This document shows positions 50,438-64,000 of a DNA stretch of 64,000 bases, piece by piece. The stretch spans positions 431,527 to 495,526 of the forward strand of contig NMRA01000193.1 in assembly GCA_002633005.1 (NCBI GenBank), written 5' to 3'. The DNA comes from Phoronis australis. Taxonomy: Eukaryota > Animalia > Phoronida. The stretch's first letter is position 1; every line of letters starts with the position of its first letter. The notes below the pieces were generated by a model that made no database searches, was not told where the DNA came from, and worked only from the letters and a program-made list of their open reading frames with translations. The position numbers and the translations under genes are program-made.

Positions 50438-50544
50438 CATGGGCGCCGCACCACTTTTTTCAGTGCTGCGACTCCCACGGTCTATGGGCGGTGCACTACA
50501 GGGGGGCTATAGCCCTCACTTTTTTCAGTGCTGCGCCGCCCATG
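50438..50544. mobile_element. hAT5-like mini-MITE, dimeric/rearranged copy
   Basis: CATGGGCGCCGCA...TGCGCCGCCCATG with flanks AACTA/AGCTA. CACTTTTTTCAGTGCTGCG occurs twice. Confidence 0.6.
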
Positions 50545-50737
50545 AGCTACCGTATTTTCTTGCACTAATAAAATCCCGACCAGCATGTACATATTATTGA
50601 GGAAAAGTAGTTTTAGACCTAGTAAAAACTTTGGTCGGTCACTAAAGAAAGTCTTCTCTTGTCAATCAGTGCCCTTGAATGGCGCACAGCCTCGCAAGCG
50701 TCATACGAGTAACAAACTTGATGGAAAAGATTTCCAA

Positions 50738-51687
50738 GGTTACATGCCACTATTCCGAAGGTTCACTACTCCGAAGTTACTCCGAAGGATCGTTTCCCTT
50801 AAAAGTTCGCTACTTCGAATGCCCACCATTCCGAAACCAGAACTCCGACAGTTCATTACTCTGATTGTCTGTTAACGAGTCGGAACTGACATGAGAAAAG
50901 TATTGTATTTGTGTCCATTTACTAACTATTTGAAGGTGTACAAAAGTTTAATAGTTCTTAAATTATTGATTGCATTGTTTACAAATGAGCTCAGTTCCAA
51001 CAACTGCTAATCGTGAATCTTCGATCTAACTAACGACTCATTCAGTAGGAGCACGTAGACGCAGCCAACCACTTTTTGACATTTGAGCGTAGCGCCTACG
51101 CACCTTAAGTTACGTTCAGTGCTCAAGGTGATACGGTGGGCTTTGGGCGCCTACTTACCTCTCCTTTTACCATTACGGCACTGGACTTCAGCGTAAATTT
51201 AAGAAGACTGAATGGGACTCTCCGACTTCTTGAAGACTGGCAGCCGAGGGACAGCGCAGCCTACTAACTACATTTAGTTTCGACCTGGCCATGCGCGTGG
51301 TTACAATCGGTGAGCTTGGGGCGCAGCGGCCCTAAACTAGCTCAGTCACGCTGTGAAAGGATGCGACCTTGACACGGATTTGATGAATGTATCGCGGTTG
51401 ATAATTCATCAACATTCCTACTTCATATTCTTTTAAAAATTCAAGTACGTACTCATATTCGAAAGATTTGCTGGAAATTTCGCATGCGCATGAAATCCGG
51501 GCTTTGTTTGCGTATAGGCCTAGGTACACCACCTAGTGCATCTAATAACCGAAGTGTCGTTTATTTTTGCAGGTAAAAGTATATCTGATACACCCAAATC
51601 CGAAATTTTTAAGTCTTTTCGGAGTAGTGAACCTTCGGAATAGTGAACCTTCAGAGCAGCGAACCTTTGGAATACCGGGCTGTTCCC
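50738..51687. mobile_element. Non-autonomous DNA transposon with GG termini, ~8-bp TSD and tandem subterminal repeats (Merlin- or Mutator-like)
   Basis: Flanks ATTTCCAA/ATTTCCAG. Inverted arrays of GGTTCACTAYTCCGAA at both ends. Confidence 0.6.
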
Positions 51688-52260
51688 ATTTCCAGCGATG
51701 TAAGCAAGTTAAGTAATACACAAAATACAACCGGACCAAAATATTCAAGTCGATCATTCTTCGATTAAATATTTCCGTCCGAGTATGTAACGAGGTGTAA
51801 TGACTCATTAAGCACGACCGGTTTGAAAGTTTGGCAGGGGGAAACGCGGGAACGTTCTTTTTCTGGACCACATTACATCCGAATTTGGGTCCCTTTATTT
51901 GTGAGCACCCTTCAGGGCATCCTTACCGTTTCTGGTATTACGAATTCCGTCTGATCTTAGGAACCTAGAGCTGAAAGTCGTCGTTGTGTATACAGATTTC
52001 CCTACCTCCTAGTTAAGCTGCGTCAAGTGCCTTACGGAAAACTCTACAGTGTCGACGCTTGCAAAATATCAAAGGTCTACCGTACTAGAAATTCGAACCA
52101 CCATCGCCCAATGCTGGCTACGGGCCTGCATTTTCAGCTTGAATTGAATTGTGATTTTGATGTGCAAGCAGGCAGTCGTAAACATTAGAGAAACCAGAAG
52201 AAATATCATTATTTAGGTATCGATCCATCAGAGGAGGCAGTGTGGTCATGTGGGATAAAT

Positions 52261-52330
52261 CATGGGCGACGCACCATAGGGGACTGGGGGGNGCTGTAGC
52301 CCCCACTTTTTCAGTGCTGCGCCGCCCATG
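52261..52330. mobile_element. 70-bp hAT5-like mini-MITE
   Basis: TAAAT|CATGGGCGACGCA...TGCGCCGCCCATG|TAAAT, an exact 5-bp TSD. Confidence 0.75.
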
Positions 52331-54051
52331 TAAATGTTTTCTTCCTTTACTCAAAGTCGTGGGTTCGAGTCCCACTAGGGAACACTGCTAGACCTTTGAG
52401 TCAGGTATCTAGATCCTCAACTCGTTGTTAACTATAAATTAAAATAGCATAACAACGATTCCAGGTGATCAGTGCAACGGGACCACCTGAGCGGCCTGCG
52501 CATGTCTGGTAAAATGTGGACCAGACCACCTGCAACTAGTGATTCATTAAAAGTATGCGATCCCACAAACGAATCATGTTTTCATGCAGCTTGTATTCAG
52601 CAGTCGCCCAGCCGGTGTTGCACAAGAAAACAACAGCAAACTTGTGGACTTCAAAAATGTCTCAGAGCTCGAGCACTCACTCTTTCTTATTTTGAAAAGC
52701 CGGAGTATCCCCAAACACCAGAGCAATATTCAATAACCGCCGAGACTGAACTTTCAAAGCTTCTCGTGAATGTAATGAAACCTGAGTTTCCCACACAAGT
52801 CTGCATTTCCTTACGAGAGCTCCTAGGCTAAGACTGACATCGTTTCCTAAATCGGATTTTTTTTTGCTGAAATTAGCCTTTTGTTTCGATTGGGACGATT
52901 ACAACCAAGTCATTCACATACAAAAGACACGGTGAATTTTGAAAGTCAATGTTAACGCCTTTCTGACACCGGATTAGTTTTGCAACAAGAAAATAGAAAA
53001 GTATACTGAGACAGCAGATGTCCTTGACGCAGACCAGTTAGTAAAAGCACAAGTTCACAACTGAATACAAGCACCCGAGTGACAGTACAATGTACATGTC
53101 TCGAACAATATGAAAAATTGCCAACGAACCTAGTTGCATCATTTGAAATAACAAATTTCTATCCAACGGTATTGACACTTTTGCTTAGCTCACGACAACA
53201 AGCTAATACCCCTATAGTTCAATGGCATACTCAAAGCAGGGGGACTCTTCGAAATTAGGAATATTATCGCTTTATATCAAACAGAAGGTACAAAACCCGC
53301 ATCAAAAAGATACTGAAATAATTCAACTGGCATACGAACAACATCCTCGCACTTCATCTCTTCATAAGGGATAGCATTTATAACAGACTAGGTTTTTCAT
53401 TTTTGAAATTGCGTACTGCACTTCCTCAAAAATAAACCGTTTCACCAGATAGTATTTGACAACTCATGGGCTCACAAATGAAAGATTCTTAAAAATTTCA
53501 TTTAACAGCCAGTTTTTAATATTTCCGTGCCAAAAATTGCTTTAGTGCAATATCTGCACCCCATCTCTCTGCTGGAGTCATCGGGAGTCGTATTCTCTTA
53601 AAATTTGGCACCTGTCGTTTTAGTTCAACGCAGCCTAAGATCCCGAGTCATCCACACAAACGTTTCGAACAGCGCTATTTTTTCTATGAAATATTTTCGC
53701 GTAGCATTATCATCAAGTTTCCATCTTGCATTCTTACATTCAACAAATGGTACCTTGCGTTGTTTATTGCTCTTTTCTTTGAGATAACTTTTCATTTTCT
53801 GGCAAAGTTTTCCAAAATGCCTATGACTCCTCGCACCAACTTTACCCACTCTAAAGGACTGATTATTTTTTATAGTAGCATTAGGATAACACTGACGTTT
53901 CTGAGTAAAAAGATACGGTTTTTATGAAATTTGGTTGAATCAAGGTATCACGTGCGAAGTCTCGTTTTTAAATAGCTTCACGCAGAGTTAGTGACTGCTG
54001 TGAGCGTAGTTGGCGATCAGTGATATAGCATAACGTAAAACGTAATTTTAA

Positions 54052-54490
54052 GACTACTGTTTTGAACCATATCTTAAGTTACCGCTACGTAATAGTCTTA
54101 TTCAAGCGTTTACTCGGTTACGTTGCTCCAACCATAGACTACAAGTGGAAGTGGGTAGACACGAGAAAGTGGAATATTACAATAGATTATGTATGATTTG
54201 CGCTGATGGTCTTGTAGAGGATGAATATCACTTCATGTTGACTTGCAAGGGATATTATGAACTTAAGTCACGTTTTACGAAAGAAGTTCAATGGAAACAC
54301 CCAACCCAAGAATCCTGTATACGTCTGCTTTCTAATCCAGATATATCTGTTGTTATATGTGCATTCTGCCCTAAGAAGAGAACAACTCTTAAATGGGTAG
54401 ATTGCGTGTACAAATGTGCCTGTTTGATTTTTGTTTATTGTACTTTGGGCCAGAAGCTTTAAATACTAACATGATGATGTAATAAATTGC
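54052..54490 (+). mobile_element. 5'-truncated non-LTR retrotransposon 3' end (RTE-X-like C-terminal Zn-knuckle)
   Basis: FEPYLKL...FTRLRCSNHRLQVEVGRH...RLCMICADGLVEDEYHFMLTCKGYYELK, followed by a short 3'UTR and AATAAA at 54481. Confidence 0.8.
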
Positions 54491-54606
54491 AAATTTCTTG
54501 ACAGAACCAGTCAATTTTACTAAAAACACGTGGTTACGTGACCCACTTAATGGCAGATTGGCAAAAGACAAAAATCCAATTCTCCAAGCTTTCGACTTTC
54601 AGAAAA

Positions 54607-54701
54607 TTATACCTTAACTATTATACATTAACTATTATACCTTAACTATTATACCTTAACTATTATACCTTAACTATTATACCTTAACTATTATACGTTA
54701 A
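54607..54701. repeat. Minisatellite, ~6.5 x 14 bp (TTATACCTTAACTA)
   Basis: Directly visible tandem units. Confidence 0.9.
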
Positions 54702-57700
54702 AATCTTCAGTTTTCTAGATATTTTGCTAAATACACAGACGTGTCAATGAGGTTCTGCCTAACCTTAAAAAGTCAAACCCTAGCACCGTGCGTCAATAAC
54801 CTTTCTTTTTGAGACGCCATTTCAACACCAGAAATAAAGTCTCGCCAGGACTCCGACGCTAAAACTGAGGTCACCAGCCACCATAGTAGCGCCCATCTCA
54901 TCTGCATATGAATATAACTTAGCCAATATGTGATTGTAAAAGCCCGCATGACCGTAAAATTTTCCGGGGGGATAAGTAACAACAGAATGTTTGACGTGTA
55001 TTTTGAATCGGCACGGGCATTATGTCATGCAATTTACACCCCGGAAGAATTGGTGATTATAGAGTACGCGTCGGCTACAGCTAGTCCTTCATTCAAACCA
55101 TGTTGTGTTGAAAACCTAACTAGATAAGTGCCACCTCGTGCTCGTTGCGTTCTAGTTGAATTGTCTGAATAATAGATAAAACCCTTGTGATAGGGGTTGA
55201 ATCCACTGAGCAACTGTCTGATTGTAGACTTAGATAACCACTCGACACATAAAGTCAATATCCATGGGACCTTGTGGGATCAAAATTGTGGCGACGTGGG
55301 GCGGGGGACTTGTGGAGACCGGGGGTAATTGTGGGAACCTCTGGTGTGTGACACTTGCAGCTACAGTAGCAGTTATATATACATGTATGCCCCAAGACAT
55401 TTTGTAGCCTGGCGGTCTCCAAAAAACTTTAATCCGGCACTGGCCAGTTTGATATCTGGGAGTAATAGTGCAGTCCTAGTTGATATGTAGCTTGATCAAG
55501 TTTGATTTTCTTACAAAAGATAAAATTTATCCAGCCCGAGCATACTCGAAAACTGATCAACGTTATAAGCAGCATAAATAAATGCCTGTCGCATGCCTAG
55601 TACCCAAAACAAAAATCTCCTTCGAGGGAATGTTTCATTTTTGTAGGTCTTGGTTTTGTAATTTTGTTATATCAACTTTTGGAATAATTTGACCGTCTTG
55701 TCAGTTATACAGTCAAATTCTTCGTCTTGAAGAAGACGTAATTGAATACTTACGGTATGATATGGTTCAGATTAGAACGAACACAAGGTCCCAGAAATAA
55801 AAGCCCAGCCCAAGGCGTGAAGCCACCGAGTGGAATAAACACTCCAAGTTATTGAGTACCGAAGTCGACTACGGAAAGACACGTTTAGATCCATCTGGGT
55901 ACTTTGGTTTACGGTCTCGTCTGCTCGACAGCATCTTGTGTAGCGGACATGTGTTAAACTTGGCGCAGGTGCTCTCACAAGGGAATATTTGTCGGTATTT
56001 ACCAGCAAAAATGAGGACGGAGAGCGAAATGAATGTGCGCGCAACACTACACCCCGATTGACACCATGCAGTATCGCCTCCGCACAACATCGACACCAAT
56101 GAATTTGATCCCCAGTGTACATCCGTCCCCCGTCGACGCTAGTTATAAGCTCCCTACCTCTCCGACATTACAACATTTTTGCCCGTCCCTGACCGATGTT
56201 TGGTCGCTTAAGCAGGTCTCTAAGTCAATTTTTCCTTTTATCGCCACCACTCTAGTCATGCTAGTGTCCCTTGTCGTCGCCTAGTCGCATTTTCTCGCCA
56301 CAGGCGTGCAGACTTAGCTGTTTGGGGACAAAGCAACTACCAAAATAATCTTGAGTATACCCATATTTCCCACATTTCAACGAAATTCTCTCGAGGACGA
56401 GTCACTCTTTAGACTTGAAGACACTACGAAGTGAGCAATAAGGTCCGCCTCAGAGAAACAAAAAGTTCGAGGAAATGAGACAAAAGTCCAATAAACAAGC
56501 ACAAACGCACAATTCACAGTGGTGCCCCCGTTTTTTTGTTTTTTTTTGTTTTTTTTTTTTTTAGTCCGCACGTCAGGAATTCGAGTCCCCCATACTGAAG
56601 GCTGGGTGCGCGCATGTAGAGCTCTGCAGTGCTGGACACTAACCGCTAAATAAAGCAGTCACATGTCTGCCACCAGTTTGGCCAACTTTGTTCAATACAC
56701 ATTTGAGCATTTTCCACCCATGCACACAGTCCCCCAATTAAAAGATAACGATAAAACACAACATTTCGTAACCACAATCATGTATTTTTGTTATTGTAAC
56801 TAATTGCCTTCTTTTCGACGTTTCCTGCAACTCCCCAAAAATCAAAGTTTACATTTAGTTCATGACATCTGCACAATATCTACAAAGCGCATGCCATATC
56901 TTTCTTTTTCAGTCTGGGCAAATAGAGCCCACTGTGTTCGTAAACACATGTGCCTTCAGTTCCCTATCAAAAAGCCTGGACGTATCGAGTCTCAAGAGCA
57001 TGACAAGTGAAGTGCATCTTGGTTGTTTTACGCGGCAGCACCGTGAACGAGCAAAGAAGCTATGAACTCGGAAGCCCATGTCCATATTCATTGATTTTAA
57101 AAGACTAAAGTATAGTCTTTGCCAGTAAACGAGATTTGCTTACCCATATTTTACGCCTTCAATAATAAGGTGGATTAAAGGGATAGCGACATTCATACGT
57201 TCTCATGTAGGCCTACAGCTAATTCCAAGAAAACGAGCTAAAATACTTTGTAAGTCAGCTTGCGTTACAACAAGAGATTTTAAAGAAAAAACTATTTTAC
57301 TAGGCCTTAGTTTAGAAACTTCCAAAACGCATAAACAGTTGAGTGAGCCCTTTCATGGTAGGCAGTGACGAAAAACATTTCACAAAATAACAATTTACTA
57401 CATTCAAAACACAATTTCTTATTTTTCCCTGTCCAATGAGTTAATTAACTACCCACAGAAAGCTGACTGGACGTTATTGCTGATGACTGTTTGTGCCTGA
57501 AATTGAAAGCATGAACGCAACCTCCAGTTTTTCCCTCGCTCGATGTCAGATGATCTTCTAAGGAAAACGTCACTGACGTCATGCTCATCAAAGGCCATTT
57601 GTTTTTGTTTACCTTTGCCATAATCTTGACACTTCACCAATTTAATTGTTTTGCATATTAGATCTCAACGCATCTGCAGCGCGTGTATGTTACAAGTGCC

Positions 57701-59048
57701 ACAGTGAGCAGAGTCATTATGAAGTCTGCCAAACTAACAACAATAATGCCATCATCTGAAGATGTGGCCAAATGTGAACTTTAGTCTACTTACTACATGA
57801 GCATAAAAATGGAATTCACATTAAACAGGAGTCAAAGCTGACGGACAGCAATTGATTTTATCAATCATAGGATATTTAGAGAACCTCTGCCCATTTATCG
57901 ACAGGGATGGCCAATCCGATAACCAAGGGTGGTGGGAATTATTTTACAGCTTGGTATGTAAAGGATTGAGGGATGTGTTGTCTTCTCAGTAACCTAGTGC
58001 ATATTTTAATATATTAAGGCAACTGGAAGAATGTGCGACATTCATATTACGCTATCCATTTCGTTATCATACAGCGTCGGGTATACATCTGAGAGGTACA
58101 TGTAAACAGAAAACATGATGGTGTTCGCCCTGGCAGCCAGTTAAGTTGTGAGACTGGTGAAGCCCTTTGTTTGACAATGGGATGGTACCACTGTTTGCAA
58201 CTAAGGTTATTCCAATAACTGGTATTTTAATTATAACAAAAACACAAGTCCTTGACCTGTATTTGTATGAAAACATCCAAGTAATCAGCTTCAATGAGAC
58301 GAATGTCACGGTGTTCACATTCGGCCGAATAACCTTAAAATACGTTACAGCGCAATTTCCTGGAAGTGGGTTCTAGGATATAGTAAGGGAGTGGGTGGGC
58401 AACCACAGAAAACTCCGGCGTAGGCCGTAAACTGAATTCAGCATGCCGATGTCGTTTTTGTCGCGCCCGTAAGGGAGGGGAGGGGGCAGGCACGTTAGGG
58501 CTCCGCTTAAATTGGCCTGTGATTTCTGCTATACACCTGCGGTAATGAAAACATTTCCTGAAAACCAACAATGTCACTTGTGACGACTAAGGGGTTTCAT
58601 ATATCGATGAAATAAAGGAGATCAAGACAGACACTTCCCGGCAATCGGAAATCACTATTTGCCGCAGGGTTTACCCGTCCGCAGCAGGAAAATGCATACT
58701 ACGAAAGACGTGTCACAATGTAGGATCTGTCCATGCTCGCCGAAAATGTGTAGCTCAACCCCGGAGGGTACTCTGGTCTCAAAGTACGTTCAAAATTCTC
58801 AACAATACGGTAAAAGCGACAGGCAGGCGAACTGCCTCCGGACACGATCGAAAATCATGATTGGGTTCATCTTGTGACTCCCTAGATCCATCAGTGAAGC
58901 AACAAAATTATATCGCGACCGCATGGTCGCCGCAGTGACAAATTACATCCATGGACAAGCAGTACAGAGACTGAACAGATAACGTGAGACAAGTTTAACC
59001 ATGTAATAAGCACTTCGGAGACATTACAACAGATGCCTGCAGATTATA

Positions 59049-59463
59049 TTGACTACACGAATTTACCACTAATACGCACGTACATATTCAGGGCGTGGAA
59101 ACGATTCCAAGGTCGCGCCTCTAATTCTAGCTTCGATTCCCTAAGTCCCAGTCCCGGACCAACAAACACCAGACCCGGCGCTCTCCTAAACTTCACAGAG
59201 GTACCGCAAATACTCCATACCCCGAGTTCCAAAGAGCCGAACCACACGAGGTGCGTGTGTTCCCGGGTATGGACTTGGGTCATCGGGTATGGAATGTTTT
59301 CGGTGCATATGCGGAGTTTAGCTGGTATAGATTTTCTACCGCGGATTTGGTGTTTGCTGGTCCGGTACTGGGGTTAAGGGAGTCGTATCTGCAGCTATGG
59401 AATCGTTTCCCCCTTCTGATATCGCTGTGTGCATATGGCGGAGCTGTGCTTTCGTTGTATCAA
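59049..59463. repeat. ~415-bp imperfect palindrome (foldback MITE-like)
   Basis: Arms pair throughout: GGAAACGATTCCA/TGGAATCGTTTCC and CCGGACCAACAAACACCA/TGGTGTTTGCTGGTCCGG. The centre is CACACG-AGGTG-CGTGTG. Confidence 0.8.
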
Positions 59464-59670
59464 ATCATAAACAAAATCTCTAACTCCGTTTTTCCGGTTA
59501 AAGAGGCATGGAACACGGAAGATCGTCAAAAATACCTTTTAAACAATTACTGATGAAAGTACCATCTCGCAACGTCTAGAACAGAGTAATTCATTTTCCT
59601 ATGTGAGGAAATTTCCAGAACAAAATCACAAAACTCACGATTTTTGAAATACGCGCGAAGGAAAAACTCC

Positions 59671-60396
59671 TTGATTACCACAGGGTTTCTAATCTCCCTC
59701 CCACTTTAGATAAATGTGCGCATGCGCTCAGTCAGTTGCTTGAAGTCGCTTGAAGTCAAAGGTCACATTTTCCATATAAGGGAAATGTGACACGGCTATG
59801 TCTTGCAATACCAAATAAGGAGACGTGCTTTGCCATGTGGGAGAAAAATCGACTAAGTGGCGAGCATTTGACAGATTGTTTTTTTTTNNNNGGGTAGTGC
59901 GAGACAAGGCAACGAGTAAGGACAGCTTTGATTTGCTTACGAGTAGTGACTCATGATTGGCCAGACATCTGTACTAATATGTTTTGTCTTTCTTTTTCAA
60001 CGGAATATATTTGAACTTTGGTAATTTTGGGCTACAAAATGTAGAACAACCTTTCTGGTGCTTCTCTCCAGTTGACACTGAGACACGCGGAGAGTGAAGC
60101 GCTAACTGGTCCATAAGCGATGACCTAGTTTTCGCAGAGAACCTGGCGGATGACCTAGTTTACGAATTGCTGGTAATGTTGATTACCACAGGGTTTCTAA
60201 TCTCCCTCCCACTTTAGATAAATGTGCGCATGCGCTCAGTCAGTTGCTTGAAGTCGCTTGAAGTCAAAGGTCACATTTTCCATATAAGGGAAATGTGACA
60301 CGGCTATGTCTTGCAATACCAAATAAGGAGACGTGCTTTGCCATGTGGGAGAAAAATCGACTAAGTGGCGAGCATTTGACAGATTGTTTTTTTTTT
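59671..60396. repeat. Identical ~217-bp direct repeat (59671-59887, 60179-60396) around a 4-N gap
   Basis: The copies look identical by eye and the first ends exactly at the Ns, so this is probably assembly or haplotype redundancy. Confidence 0.8.
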
Positions 60397-63300
60397 GAAA
60401 TTTGAAAATAAAAGAAAATGCTTTGATATCAACCGAAATTGAAAATCTTTAGGAACAAACCCTAAAATACCTAGTGAGCAGGTTAAATTATGTTTCAGTG
60501 GCACAGGATCACTTCCAATGATGCAACTTAGTCTGCTTATGGCGTTCCAGGCCTTTTTAAGACAGGATATGTTGCTGAACGGAATCAGCTACATATTATA
60601 ACACCATTATATTCTCATAGCTTCATCACATCACTTATCAGTTACGCACGCGTTATGCACTCCTTTCTGCCTAACCATAAGCCATAATAAAGCACGGCTT
60701 TGTACGATACCTTCGGACTTGACAGTAAACGGATTTGTCGTTACGCTTGACTGATCGCGTATTGATCTGACAAGCTTCGCGATAAAAGTACAATAAATGC
60801 ATGACAGCCAATAAAACCTCACCACACGACTGTGTCAACAGGAGCATATGGGTATCCAAAAGCAGAAGACAAATACCTCGCGTAGGTATCTAATTATATT
60901 CCTATATCACAAGCAAAAACTATAAATATATAGTTTTGACAGCATCATCAGCTATTAGTTGGCCACAGATGATGATTCATGAATTTCAGGTAGATAAAAG
61001 AATTTGCTAAGTATACCTTTCGTTTAAGCCGACCCAGAGGGCATTGCCGTAGAAGTTGTGGGTATTCAGGACGTGTCGCTCAAATGTGAGATTTCTCACA
61101 AGTTCCCCAATCAAATGATGCCTTTTCCGACAAAATGGCCACAAAGAAGTTCGTTTCTCTAACCGTGGAACAGGCTGCGGACACGATTTTTTTCGTTTCA
61201 AAAGTCAACTCCACACTTAGGGGCACGAAAAATATTTCCTGTCCCTAAGCCTTGGAACTGGCCAAGGACATTTTTCGCCATTGTAGTTGGATTTTGACGA
61301 AGTGTTCGAGCCCACTCTCCCAACAGCTGCATCCCTGTTAAAGCAAAGTCGAGCTGATCGTAAGCCCTGTTTGGTTCCTGTGCTAACCATAGTCAACACT
61401 TGAGCAGTATACAAACAATACCAATTAGAGCCACAAAAAGGTTGCAAAGAACAAACCGAGTAAACATTCTATATAAATGTTTAACCCGTTGCAATACAAC
61501 CGTCAACTTTCTTCACCACTTTTTTCACGGAGTCCAAGCACACTCATTGTAATGCACATCTGTCGCCAAAGTTAATAACTGAATAAGATTCATTATATCA
61601 TACACCTATGACAGAAATTTTGTTCCAGAAACCAATAAAAGCCATACTTTTCAAGACTAACCGCAAAAGTATGTAACGTAGTATTTGGAAATCGGAACAT
61701 TTTGGTTACTTACGACATCGGTTAAATCGGCAAGAAACCAGCCTTCCGTCATTGAAAATGAAGTTTGATCGAGACCACTTAACGCTAAAAGATTGGTCTC
61801 AACATGTTCCTTACTCAGATGAAAAGTAAATTTTGGTCTTGCAAAGAACTAGCAATTTGTTATTCCTCGATACCACACTCGGCGGATAAAACGCCGTGAC
61901 TCCCAGGTAAACTTATAGAAGCTGGTCTCTAGCAATAACGGACGGCCAGTTCTTCCCACGCTCAGAAACAATGTTTATTTTTTTCTAAGGAGCATTTTGA
62001 TATCAATTATATAACCATAGGTGGTATGAATAAAAATGCTTTTTTGAGACGGATTTATCGCCACTGTAACTTTAACCATGTCCACAGAGACTTCTTTGAA
62101 CGGACACCGAGCGTCTGAACATGCACATACCGCAGCGCCATCTATTAGTATACGATCAGAAAGTTAGTGCGTTCGTCGCTGGACTCTGCCGTTGCCTCCA
62201 CTCTATGAACAAAATGAAAAGTTGTGAGCCATTTCATATCATTTCAAAACTGGTATACACGACGACAAAAACTTCATTCTGTCAAATATTTTTGACCCTT
62301 TCACTTCCACCTTAGAAGGGAAGCGAAGATACGAAAACGAGTGGCAATAACGCAAACTTTACAGTTGCCACTCCAAAACCTACACTTCCCTGCAAATGTT
62401 CAGCACGTGTCAACACTAGATTCTGAAAGCAAATTGCGTACTGAATTAACAAACGTGGTCTAAGTAAAAGTGCTGCCACCCAATCAGATTTTTTGCAATT
62501 CTGGGTTGGTTGTGGGCTACCTGAAATCGCAGCAGATATCTCAGTCAACACGCAGCAACGCTAGAATGCTGTAAAATATAGAATTTCTAGGGAGTGTGAT
62601 ATGCCGGCCAGTTACTGAAAGAATCTTGAAACTAGCGAAAATGCAAGCTATAGTCTTGCATTGCAAACCGAAGCACATGATCTGACTATTTTTTCTAGAG
62701 TGTCTTAGGTCTATCGCAGTTCCCTGGATGCATGTGAAAACTGATCTAAAAGGTCGATTTGATGTTAAGTTATGCAAATGTTATTCACTATTCCTGAAGA
62801 TGAGGTTCAAATAAATACCCAGTGGCTGATCTTGCCCCAGGTAGACTCAACAACATAAACCGCTAAAAAAATAAAACAAATTTGTTGCTGAAAGAAATCA
62901 ACCAGATGAGAAACAGCTGAGTGCTATTCAATACTTTCTTATTGACCTTTGATGAATTAGTTGGAAAAGGGAAATTTGCTAAAAATTATCACTGCTGGAT
63001 CTTTGTCCTATCTGGACTGCAACGCCCTCTGGCAATCACCATGAGAATTCGTACATTTGACAAAATTGTATTTCCAAATTAAACTGAACCAGTTCTTCCT
63101 TAAATCGATAGCTTCATCAGCTTGCATCCAAAATAACTTTTATATTCTTTCTCCTGAATATGAAATACTACTTTTAAACCGTTAGGAATTCGGTTGTGGT
63201 GACTGTAATTCTAAACAGTCACTCAGGCAGTCTCAACTTTTCAAGCTATTCAACACAAGGAGTGCCTCTTCACATGAGTTGAACATGAGGCCCCATGCCA

Positions 63301-64000
63301 CTCCATGCGAGATTAAAGTCAACCTCCACACAAAGCCAGTGTCAACAGCGGCTCATCCATCCCATATAACCCGGATCCTGACTGTTGATTCGCTGTTCAT
63401 GATTGGCCAATCAGTGTCCAGCTGGTTTGAGGTCTACATACAATCGTGAGGCTATGGGATCCATTCCCCACCATTGTGACATATTGTTCCCAAGGCGTTC
63501 AACACAGTTTTGGTGTCAGAAGAGTGATAGGAAGCTTTGTCAGCTGCCAATATCAAAATGAAAATAAATTTAATTTGTTATCAACAAGCGTACAAAAATT
63601 AAATACTAAATGTTAACCTGTGAAACAACGTTGTTACAGTATTGTTGCTGTACTGTTGTTCACAAGTGTTTAGTTTTCAAGTGTTATTCCACTGTTACAC
63701 CTGTAGCAGTGCACCAATCAGAAAACTGGTCGCAGCATTTAATCTACGAGCTCAGACATAACACAACCAATCAAGCTGCATGATTGTAAATATACTTGAA
63801 GCGTGAACCATAATTGGTCAATTTTCGAGTCAAGCTTCAATTACAGAGATTAGAATCAGGCCTAGATTTAAATCATACATTGTCTACAGTGACCCTGGTG
63901 TACAAGTTATCCCATATTGTAGGACGAGAATTATAATTTCGTAGCAACAGCTAATGGTTAGCATCACCACAAAGTTAAATTTATTTGAATTCCATGGTTT

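Noticed and set aside
52350-52385. GGTTCGAGTCCC as a tRNA gene
   Set aside because: Only a T-arm/B-box is present, with no A-box or cloverleaf. At most a SINE-head fragment.
56804-57010. Possible THAP-like ORF
   Set aside because: No CxxxxC start or properly spaced W/VCxxHF motifs.
59671-60396. Identical direct repeats as LTRs of a small retroelement
   Set aside because: No TG..CA ends, PBS, PPT or TSD. The first copy ends at an N gap, which is typical of assembly or haplotype redundancy.

Overview
Animal (most likely bilaterian invertebrate) genomic DNA, AT-rich, with two large N gaps (5647-6094, 12943-13209). The only well-supported host gene is the first coding exon of an AUTS2/FBRSL1/tay-family gene on the minus strand (ATG at 48615, motif EDIIDGFAICSFRTVEDLE, phase-0 GTAAGT donor at 48387). 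Everything to its left appears to be a giant first intron, and everything to its right is promoter and upstream DNA. The non-coding DNA is dense in transposon relics. These include a Kolobok element with ~160-bp TIRs, a THAP start and a convergent KolX/P2X7-ballast-like start, and a second decayed THAP Kolobok. There is also a Helentron/HINE-type element whose internal ~150-bp tandem units each carry a co-oriented CTCF motif, and a Penelope-like GIY-YIG fragment with a hammerhead-ribozyme core in the AUTS2 sense orientation. Others are a nested Tc2/pogo-like element, Harbinger, hAT5 and Merlin-like MITEs, an RTE-X-like LINE 3' end and several minisatellites. Almost all ORFs in the supplied track are chance ORFs. 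All calls come from reading the sequence by eye, without database searches.
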